Shown here: positions 15,159-22,569 of the stretch, one piece after another | Numbering within the stretch: the first letter of the stretch is position 1 | Layout: every line of letters begins with the position of its first letter | The notes under the pieces: generated by a model | Databases searched by the model: none | Told to the model about the DNA's origin: nothing | Seen by the model: the letters and a program-made list of their open reading frames with translations, nothing else | NCBI GenBank assembly: GCA_964565945.1 | Contig: CAZMGY010000003.1 | Location: forward strand, 30,001-62,000 | Length of the DNA: 32,000 nt | Origin: an uncultured bacterium | Lineage (GTDB): Bacteria; GCA-001730085 | Direction: 5' to 3' | Program-made: the position numbers and the translations under genes

Positions 15159-17384
15159 ATGAAAAAAATTACCCTTTCTAAAGAAATTATCGAAGGGCAT
15201 GGACTGAGTAAATTGGAATACGAGTTGATTTTGAAACTTTTGGGGCGTGAACCGAATATTACAGAGCTTGGTATTTTTTCGGTGATGTGGTCGGAACATT
15301 GCAGCTATAAAAACTCGAAACCGCTTTTAAAACTGTTCCCAACACAGCATGAGCGTATTTTGATTGGAGCTGGCGAAGAAAATGCTGGAGTGGTTGATAT
15401 TGGTGATGGCTGGGGCTTGGTGTTTAAGGTGGAATCGCACAATCATCCATCTGCGATTGAGCCATATCAAGGGGCTGCCACGGGTGTTGGGGGCATTATT
15501 CGCGATATTTTTACGATGGGTGCTCGTCCGATTGCCTGTATGGACTCTTTGCGTTTTGGTTCCCTGAGCGATGAGCGAGTGAAATTTTTATTGAAAGGTG
15601 TGGTCGAAGGGATTGCTGGATATGGCAATTGCATTGGGATTCCAACGGTTGGTGGCGAAATTATGTTTGACGAATCCTACCAAACCAATCCTTTGGTTAA
15701 TGTGTTTTGCTTGGGTGTGGTGAAGCATGAAGACATTGCCCGTGGTGTGGCTTCGGGTGAAGGCAATCGAGTGCTTTACGTAGGGCCTCCAACTGGACGT
15801 GATGGTATTCATGGGGCAACCTTTGCATCGGATGATTTGACTGAAAAATCCTCAGAAAAAAAATCCGCAGTGCAAGTGGGGGATCCCTTTATGGAAAAAC
15901 TTTTACTCGAGGCGTGTTTGGAAGTGATTCAAAAAGGCCTTGTGGTGGGGATTCAAGATATGGGAGCGGCGGGCTTAACCTGTTCGACCTGTGAAACGGC
16001 TAGTCGCGGGAACAGTGGTATTTCTATTGATGTGGCCAAGGTGCCTCAACGTGAAACGGGCATGACACCATATGAGATTATGCTTTCGGAATCCCAAGAA
16101 CGAATGTTATTGATTGTGGAACCTTCCAAAGTGAAGGATGTGCAAGCCGTGTTTGAGCGGTGGGATTTGTATGCTGAGGATATTGGGCAGGTCCAAACTG
16201 GAGATCGGATGAAAGTGTTTAACCATGGTGAATTGGTGGCCGATATGCCAGTGGACGCCTTGGCGGAAAAAGCACCTATGTATGTGCGCGAAGAGGAAGA
16301 GCCCGCTTATTTGAAAGATTTACCTCAAGTGGATGAGGCAAAAGTGGCTCAAAAGCAAGATTATGAAGCATCGATTAAACAATTGTTGGCTGTGCCTAAT
16401 ATTGCCAGCAAGGCTTGGGTCTATGAGCAATATGATCATATGGTAGGCACGAATACCGTGTCTTTGCCAGGCTCGGATGCGGCGGTGATTCGGGTTAAAG
16501 ATACCGATAAATTGGTGGCGATGAAACTCGATGGACAAGGTCGCTACTGTTATGTTGATCCCTATGAAGGTGGCAAAATAGCTGTGGCCGAAGCGGCCCG
16601 TAATGTGGTTTGTTCGGGGGCACGTCCGATTGCGGCGACCGACTGTTTGAATTTTGGAAATCCGATGCACCCCGAAGTATTTTGGGTGTTTCATCGTTGT
16701 GTGGAAGGTTTGGCTGAGGCTTGCCGAAAGTTGGATACTCCGATCATTGGGGGGAATGTGAGTCTTTATAATCAAAACCCCGATGGTGCGATTTTCCCGA
16801 CACCGATTGTTGGTGTTGTTGGTGTGATGAATGATGTTTCTCAGGTGCAACAACGTGTGAATACCCAGTGGTTCAAAAACGAAGGCGATGTGATTATGCT
16901 TTTGGGTGAAACCAAAAATGAAATCGGAGCGAGTGAGTTTTACAAAACTGTTTTAGGTGAAACCGTGGGGCCTTGTCCTAAAATCAATCTGCAAGTCGAA
17001 CATAATCTTTATGAAGCGGTGATTTCTGCGAGTGAGCAAGGTTTGTTGCAGTCGGCGCATGATTGCGCCGAAGGTGGTTTGGCGGTAGCCTTGGTCGAAT
17101 CATGTATATCTGGTCCCGAAGCCTTGGGTGCGACGATCTCTTTTGCCGAATCCTTTGAGCCCAATGTACTGCTGTTTGGCGAAAGTCAAAGTCGGATTAT
17201 TGTGTCTTGTCGTGCGAATGATGAAGCGACTCTGCATAACTTGTGCGAACAACACGGTGTTCCAGTTCAAAAACTAGGACAGGTTGGTGGCGCACAGCTA
17301 ACAATTAATGACTGGATCAGCTGTGCTGTGCAAGACTTGCAGACAATTTGGACCGAAAGTTTCGCATTATTATTGAATGCCTAG
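15159..17384 (+). CDS. purL: Phosphoribosylformylglycinamidine synthase subunit PurL (small PurL)
   Basis: 741 aa with duplicated PurM-like AIRS domains, MWSEHCSYK, and [32 protein letters not shown] lies upstream. Confidence 0.95.
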   Translation: MKKITLSKEIIEGHGLSKLEYELILKLLGREPNITELGIFSVMWSEHCSYKNSKPLLKLFPTQHERILIGAGEENAGVVDIGDGWGLVFKVESHNHPSAIEPYQGAATGVGGIIRDIFTMGARPIACMDSLRFGSLSDERVKFLLKGVVEGIAGYGNCIGIPTVGGEIMFDESYQTNPLVNVFCLGVVKHEDIARGVASGEGNRVLYVGPPTGRDGIHGATFASDDLTEKSSEKKSAVQVGDPFMEKLLLEACLEVIQKGLVVGIQDMGAAGLTCSTCETASRGNSGISIDVAKVPQRETGMTPYEIMLSESQERMLLIVEPSKVKDVQAVFERWDLYAEDIGQVQTGDRMKVFNHGELVADMPVDALAEKAPMYVREEEEPAYLKDLPQVDEAKVAQKQDYEASIKQLLAVPNIASKAWVYEQYDHMVGTNTVSLPGSDAAVIRVKDTDKLVAMKLDGQGRYCYVDPYEGGKIAVAEAARNVVCSGARPIAATDCLNFGNPMHPEVFWVFHRCVEGLAEACRKLDTPIIGGNVSLYNQNPDGAIFPTPIVGVVGVMNDVSQVQQRVNTQWFKNEGDVIMLLGETKNEIGASEFYKTVLGETVGPCPKINLQVEHNLYEAVISASEQGLLQSAHDCAEGGLAVALVESCISGPEALGATISFAESFEPNVLLFGESQSRIIVSCRANDEATLHNLCEQHGVPVQKLGQVGGAQLTINDWISCAVQDLQTIWTESFALLLNA

Positions 17385-17408
17385 ACCTTTTTGTAGGACG
17401 TGTAAGGT

Positions 17409-17714
17409 ATGAAGTATTTTGGTGGTATAAGTATAGCTTTGCTTGTGGTTAGTGTTGGATGTTCATCTCGAGCGATTTATCGGCCATTGATCAATATTAC
17501 TCCGTATCCACCGTCGCCAGAAAAAACCTTTGAGTTGCAGGTTAAAGAGGATGCTTCTCCTGTGAGTCCGATTGAGCCTTTTCGCTTGAGAACAATGTAT
17601 GGAGGCTACGATCACTCGTCTAATCTGATCAAGAGTACGTTTGGTTATGGCGTTCGTTTGAAAGGAAAACGTGATCATACAGGGATTGACTTTGTGGCAC
17701 CGATCGGTGTTTAG
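17409..17714 (+). pseudogene. Truncated M23-family peptidase lipoprotein (N-terminal 101 codons only)
   Basis: Lipoprotein-type signal (ISIALLVVSVGC). The ORF stops just inside the M23 HxxxD motif (KRDHTGIDFVAPIGV*). No continuation of the domain appears in any frame downstream. The 3' end overlaps the convergent gene by 4 nt. Confidence 0.65.
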
Positions 17715-18205
17715 GCTTTTTGGAGTTGGGTCCACTTTCTCAAGTGGTGTTGCATATAGGGCTGTTTCTTGGGATCGAAATAAGTGAGGACCAAATCACC
17801 CTGTTCAAGTCTTTCGAGGTATTTGGGCTCTGTCCCTAGGCGACTTTGTGTGACATAAGAAATCGAAATCTGAGTGCTATCTTTTTTGCTGCGCACCACA
17901 TTGAGAATGCCTGCTTGAGGAAAGGCATAGGTTGTATTGAGGGGAATGTTGTCAAAAATCATCACACTCATATTGTCTAAAGGTTTATCGGTGGCATAAT
18001 TTCGCATATATCCTTCGTTAGTGAACTCAAATAGTTGATAAGGGGCAAAAAGGATCAAATCTTTGGGCATATCGGGACGAATACCTTGAAAAACCATTTG
18101 CCAGCGCCCCTGGATATCTTCGGACTGAGCGGGACGAAAGCCTTCTTGAGCCCAAGCCGAACTGACCAAGAGACCGATCCAAAGTATAGAGCGCAAAAGC
18201 GACAT
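17711..18205 (-). CDS. Secreted hypothetical protein
   Basis: Signal peptide (MSLLRSILWIGLLVSSAWA/QE). GAGGG lies 9 nt upstream of ATG 18205. 164 aa with no recognisable motif. Confidence 0.6.
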   Translation of the reverse strand: MSLLRSILWIGLLVSSAWAQEGFRPAQSEDIQGRWQMVFQGIRPDMPKDLILFAPYQLFEFTNEGYMRNYATDKPLDNMSVMIFDNIPLNTTYAFPQAGILNVVRSKKDSTQISISYVTQSRLGTEPKYLERLEQGDLVLTYFDPKKQPYMQHHLRKWTQLQKA

Positions 18206-18241
18206 GATGAGTAACCCTCATTAGTATTCAACACTGGGACT

Positions 18242-18270
18242 ACTTTAACATGATTGAATATACTTGACAA
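18242..18270 (-). promoter_or_regulatory. Candidate promoter for the secreted hypothetical gene
   Basis: Minus strand: TTGTCA (18270-18265), 17 nt, TAAAGT (18247-18242). The -35 overlaps the -35 of the divergent plus-strand promoter. Confidence 0.35.
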
Positions 18271-18292
18271 AGGATCGTGGGTTTATTATCGT
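18264..18292 (+). promoter_or_regulatory. Candidate promoter for the Fur-remnant/ATPase unit
   Basis: Consensus TTGACA (18264-18269), 17 nt, TATCGT (18287-18292). A better TATTAT sits at only 14-nt spacing. Confidence 0.4.
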
Positions 18293-18313
18293 AAATAGAA
18301 ATATTTTCTATTT
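18293..18313. promoter_or_regulatory. Perfect 9-3-9 AT-rich palindrome, Fur-family-operator-like
   Basis: AAATAGAAA-TAT-TTTCTATTT lies immediately after the candidate -10, over the expected transcription start, and 6 nt before the Fur-like ATG. Confidence 0.5.
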
Positions 18314-18318
18314 AGGGA

Positions 18319-18564
18319 ATGGTGCTGGAGTATTTGATTCAGCAATTGCAACAATCGGATTAGAAAGTGACTCCTTGGCGCAAAGCCTTGCTGGCTCTTT
18401 TTAAGAGCCAGTCGAAAGCTTTAAGTGTCGGAGGGGTCTACCAGCATTTTAAGTAAAAATTTGATCCTGTTGGCTTGCCAAGTGTCTATCGTAATTTGGA
18501 TGCTTTGTGTGATTTAGGTCTGTTATATGTCATGTGTTCCAATGACGGTCGCCATAAAGTGTAA
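18319..18564 (+). pseudogene. Fur-family (Fur/Zur/PerR-like) regulator remnant: DNA-binding domain only, two in-frame stops
   Basis: Single-frame translation: MVLEYLIQQLQQSD*KVTPWRKALLALFKSQSKALSVGGVYQHFK*KFDPVGLPSVYRNLDALCDLGLLYVMCSNDGRHKV*. It matches the Fur winged-helix pattern (T-x-x-R..L..., S.aTVYRxL..L...GL). In-frame TAG is at 18361-18363 and TAA at 18454-18456. The metal-binding/dimerisation half is absent. Confidence 0.7.
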
Positions 18565-21500
18565 TGTTGAAGGCCTCTGTGGGGATTGCAACGATGAATC
18601 GATATCTATTTAAAAAAATTAAGTGTCTTACGGCACTCATTCTTGTTCAGCTATTGGTGTGGCAGTCGGTGTCGTATGCGCTTAGTCCAGGCTCACATGT
18701 GGTGGATATGTATGCTGAGTTTCAGCATAAAGTGCAGCATGGAGTGCCATGGGCATTGATGAATCAGTCGGCGAAGGAGCATGCGCATGCTCCCGCAAAG
18801 CCCGAACAAAAACCTGTTCCTAAACACGAGCATAAACATGATCATAAGCATGAGTACAAAAAAGTTGAGACCCTTAAATTATTTTATTCCATTCCCAGTG
18901 AATGTTTTGCTTTGGGTTTAGTTATTCTGGTGCTGGCAGTGGTCTTTACTGGAGGATCTTATTGGTTTTTAATGCTTGGTCTGCCTTTACTGATACAGGT
19001 GATATATGACATGGAAGTTACCTTAGAGCTTTATTGGAATAAGAGTGCTCTCAAAAAAGTCTATGATTTTATGCAAAATAGTGCTGGGGTTGTGATTATT
19101 GCGATTGTGCTGTTTGGTTTGATGGAGATATTAGGCCACTTGGTGATGGTTGGTGCTGCGGCGACACCTCTTTTTTGGACCTTCACGGTAATTTCTCTGA
19201 TTGGAGTGATTGTTTATGCTCTTCCTGAGATGAACAATGGATGGAAGGCTGTTTTTAAAGCCATAGATTTTGGTCGTCAAGGCAAGAACCCCATGAGAGC
19301 CTTGGGTATGAGCTTTGTTCGGGGGTTTTCGCTATTTTTATTTATACTTTTACCTCTTTTGGGGATTGTTCATTTAAACCTTGCCTTAGTGGTGTTAATT
19401 GCAGCGTCTGTCCAATTTGCTTATATTTTGAAACGTCAAGCTCGCGAATACCAAATGGAAGCCATGGGGCAGTTGAAAAATCGAGAAATTCCCCGAAATA
19501 TTGTGGTGGTGGCGCTGAATGGAGCAAAACTCCAGCAAAAAGTGATCCTGACCGAAGAAGAGGTTCAGGATATGTTAAATCAAGGGATCGAGGTGACGGC
19601 TTATGTGGCTCAAAATACGTGGGTGCCTCGCATGGATGGTTTGATTGAAGCTGTAATCAATCAAAAGCAGGCCTATGTTGATGAGTCGGAGCTTAATGGG
19701 GAAGAGCAGCTTAAGCTAGTTAAGACCAGTGATCAAATCAAGGGAGGGACTTTTTTGACAGGAGCGCCTATTCATGTGCGCATTTTGCAGGTTGGCGAGC
19801 AAAGCGAAATTGGTCATATTGAATGCTCTCTCAAACGATTTAGCAGCAAAGGTGTGTCGCGAATAGAACGATTTTCTGATAAGGTTGGGCAGTATTTTAT
19901 CTACACCGTGTTCTTTTTTGCTATCGTTGGTTTTTTGGTGAGTTATTTGACTGTTGGCTCCATAACGACAGCATTAATTGGGGCTCTGACCGTCTTTGTA
20001 ATCATATGTCCTTGTGCCTTTTTGATTGGGCAACCTTTAGCCTTTAGTGCTGCGCGCCAGAACTTGGCGGCGACGCATAAGATTAGCGTCAATGACGATC
20101 GTTCGTTTTTAGTGCCGCGTGTGATGGTGTTCGATAAAAGCAATACGATCACCGATGGGGTTGAAATTGATCGTGAGAAGCCTTGGGTGTCATTAGGTGC
20201 CGATATGGATGATGAAAAAGAGAAAGAGCGTATTTTGAAATGGGCCGCGATGGCTGAGTACCCTTATGCACAAAATCAGTATGCTCAAGAGGTGATTGAG
20301 TTGGCAATTCACCATGGTGCCACAGACCGTTTAAAGTTGGAAAATCATAAGAATTCTGTGAAAAGTCAGATTTATGAGAGTGGCAAAGGTCTTAAAGCGA
20401 TCATCAAGGAACCTCATTATGGACATGCTCATGATCAGGAGGTTTACTTGGGGAACTTAGAAACGCTTTTGACAATGGTGACCACAATTCCCGAAGAGCA
20501 ACAGCAAGCTTTGCGCAGACAAGTGGATGAAGTTGTTAATGCTGATTCGGACCAGGTTGTTACACCGATTGTGATGTACGATATTACTCATGAGAAGCCT
20601 TTGCTCGTTTTTCGGATTATTAATCGAATTCGTCCCAAGGTGAAAGAATTTTTGGAGGATTACCGCAACATAGCGAAGCGCAATCCTTATTACACTTTTT
20701 TAAATGGAGTGTCACGTTTATTGTTCCGAACAGATTCTTTTCCTTCACAAACTTTGGCAGTGGTGGCATCGGGTGACCGCAAAGAAGCAGTTCGAAAAAT
20801 TGTTAAAAAAATAGATATCAAGTTAGCTTTGGCCGAAGTGAGCCCTTCGGAAAAAGCTTTGTTTGTGTTACTGCTTAAACATGGTGGATGGCTTGGAAAG
20901 TTCCAAAAAGATTTGGAAAAACGAAAGGATCCCCTGATTTTAACCTATCAAGAATTTCGCACCTATCTTATGGACAAAAGGTATGCCACGAAGAAAGAGG
21001 TTAATGACCTTGAGCAAATTTATCTTAAAGAGCATCAAGGGCCCGAAGATCATGCTTTAAAAACCAATGTGGTTTTCTTTATGGGCGATGGTAGCAACGA
21101 CCGTCAGGCCATGCAAGTGGCTCATGCGGGAATTTCGTTCAATGGAGCACGTTCGGTTGGGCAGGGAGATATTCTTTTGGGAGCCGACAAAAAAGAGCAA
21201 CCGCTTTTTTCACAGGTTAGTTATATTATAAAAACTTTTCGGCGCACCTATGGCATCATTCTAACCAATATTTTCTTGATAGCCTTTGTTTGGAATATTG
21301 TGATACTCACTTTGATTTTTGCAGGAGTGTTAGGACCAGGGTGGGCGGCTCTAATGCATGCTTTGAATACGCTATTTGTTGTGATTTTGGCAATGAAACT
21401 AATGGCGAAACCCAAAGAATTTTTTAAACAAGAGTTTAAAAATATGTTTAAAGGTAAGGTATCTCATGTCGATAAGGAGCCGAAACACAAATCTCAAAAA

Positions 21501-22391
21501 AAGGCTGTTCAGAACCCTAAAAGCAATGTGGCGCAATTGATGACTAAAGAAGGGGTTCGCCCGCAGGCGCTATTTCAGGACGATTGCTGTAGGTCTAGGT
21601 TTCGTGGTCGTGCCCAAGGGGGGCGTGGCGGGCATCATCATGATGATGCTGAAGTCGACCATTGTTGTTCGTCACCAGTTGTCTATCGGCCTCAGTATTA
21701 TCGAGTTCCAGGCCTTTATGAAAGTAGGCCAGTTTTAACAGTTGCACAGTTACTAGGTGGTCAAGTTACTGCATGGCAGCAGTGGGCGGGTGCAATAGCG
21801 GATATGAGACAACTGTTAACCACAATGCAGCAACGCAGAAATAGCAAGCAAGCGAATATTACTTATATGATGGGGCCTCTTTTTGATGACTATGTTCTTG
21901 ATGAAGGTGTCTTTATGGATTGGGTGATGACTCATGCCAATAAGATTCAGTTGATACCCAGTGCCACAGTGGGGGCGATGCACTGGAAAGATGCGCAAGG
22001 CATTTATCGCATTCATATCGATCCTCGGTTGCTTAAAGATAGCGGTATGCAAGGCGTTTTAGCGAGTGAGTTATTGCATGAGCTTTTGGAGATTTATTTT
22101 GTGACGCATGCGCGTGCTCAGGAGCCAATTTGGCATGAGGCCTATACGATAGAGAACCTGGATAAGGCCTCCTTTGAAGCGTCGATATTTGCGTTGCAAA
22201 TTCAACTGCTTCAAGCGTGGGGAATGGATATGAATCGTATTCGTAATGGGTATATTTCTGTGGAGCAACAGTTTTTTGATGGCCGAGCATTTTTTAGTAC
22301 TGGTTTTGATGAGATTAATTCGTCTGTCGCTTCTTCTCGGCCACTTCAAGAGGTGGTTCAAAGTCAGTTTCAAGTGCTTTTTGTCGCATAA
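18564..22391 (+). CDS. Atypical P1B-type (heavy-metal) P-type ATPase fusion protein, 1275 aa
   Basis: A-domain block VPRMDGL..YVDESELNGEEQLKLVK..GGTFL. CPC in a TM helix (VIICPCAFLIGQP, nt 20007-20015). Phosphorylation-site block VFDKSNTITDG (20133-20147). SGDRKEAV, AEVSPSEK and GDGSNDRQAM (21084-21101), then two C-terminal TMs. Additional parts: N-terminal hydrophobic segment, His-rich tract (HAHAPAKPEQKPVPKHEHKHDHKHEYKK), extra TMs, and a ~325-aa C-terminal extension. Confidence 0.85.
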   Translation: MLKASVGIATMNRYLFKKIKCLTALILVQLLVWQSVSYALSPGSHVVDMYAEFQHKVQHGVPWALMNQSAKEHAHAPAKPEQKPVPKHEHKHDHKHEYKKVETLKLFYSIPSECFALGLVILVLAVVFTGGSYWFLMLGLPLLIQVIYDMEVTLELYWNKSALKKVYDFMQNSAGVVIIAIVLFGLMEILGHLVMVGAAATPLFWTFTVISLIGVIVYALPEMNNGWKAVFKAIDFGRQGKNPMRALGMSFVRGFSLFLFILLPLLGIVHLNLALVVLIAASVQFAYILKRQAREYQMEAMGQLKNREIPRNIVVVALNGAKLQQKVILTEEEVQDMLNQGIEVTAYVAQNTWVPRMDGLIEAVINQKQAYVDESELNGEEQLKLVKTSDQIKGGTFLTGAPIHVRILQVGEQSEIGHIECSLKRFSSKGVSRIERFSDKVGQYFIYTVFFFAIVGFLVSYLTVGSITTALIGALTVFVIICPCAFLIGQPLAFSAARQNLAATHKISVNDDRSFLVPRVMVFDKSNTITDGVEIDREKPWVSLGADMDDEKEKERILKWAAMAEYPYAQNQYAQEVIELAIHHGATDRLKLENHKNSVKSQIYESGKGLKAIIKEPHYGHAHDQEVYLGNLETLLTMVTTIPEEQQQALRRQVDEVVNADSDQVVTPIVMYDITHEKPLLVFRIINRIRPKVKEFLEDYRNIAKRNPYYTFLNGVSRLLFRTDSFPSQTLAVVASGDRKEAVRKIVKKIDIKLALAEVSPSEKALFVLLLKHGGWLGKFQKDLEKRKDPLILTYQEFRTYLMDKRYATKKEVNDLEQIYLKEHQGPEDHALKTNVVFFMGDGSNDRQAMQVAHAGISFNGARSVGQGDILLGADKKEQPLFSQVSYIIKTFRRTYGIILTNIFLIAFVWNIVILTLIFAGVLGPGWAALMHALNTLFVVILAMKLMAKPKEFFKQEFKNMFKGKVSHVDKEPKHKSQKKAVQNPKSNVAQLMTKEGVRPQALFQDDCCRSRFRGRAQGGRGGHHHDDAEVDHCCSSPVVYRPQYYRVPGLYESRPVLTVAQLLGGQVTAWQQWAGAIADMRQLLTTMQQRRNSKQANITYMMGPLFDDYVLDEGVFMDWVMTHANKIQLIPSATVGAMHWKDAQGIYRIHIDPRLLKDSGMQGVLASELLHELLEIYFVTHARAQEPIWHEAYTIENLDKASFEASIFALQIQLLQAWGMDMNRIRNGYISVEQQFFDGRAFFSTGFDEINSSVASSRPLQEVVQSQFQVLFVA

Positions 22392-22540
22392 ACCGTTTTT
22401 TAGGGCTAGTCCGACTCAAAGAGCCATCGCGACCTTTCCTTTGGAAAGATATACATTTACCTATTAAAACCACCCTTTGTCAAAAAATATCTTTAGGTAA
22501 ATGTTTTAGAACATTAGGCATAGCGTAAAATTGTCTCTTT

Positions 22541-22569
22541 TAAAAAAGGCTAGTATCTCTCTACTAGCC
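22541..22569 (-). terminator. Orphan rho-independent-type terminator oriented on the minus strand
   Basis: GGCTAGTA (22548-22555), loop TCTCTC, TACTAGCC (22562-22569). The A6 run at 22542-22547 becomes a U-run only on the minus-strand transcript. Confidence 0.45.

Noticed and set aside
18361-18456. Considered whether the in-frame TAG and TAA in the Fur-like ORF reflect stop-codon reassignment or programmed readthrough.
   Set aside because: TAA, TAG and TGA all terminate well-supported genes at conserved C-termini elsewhere in the window (accA TAA, serC TAG, cysS TGA). In addition, the Fur-like ORF lacks its whole C-terminal domain. A pseudogene is the simpler explanation.
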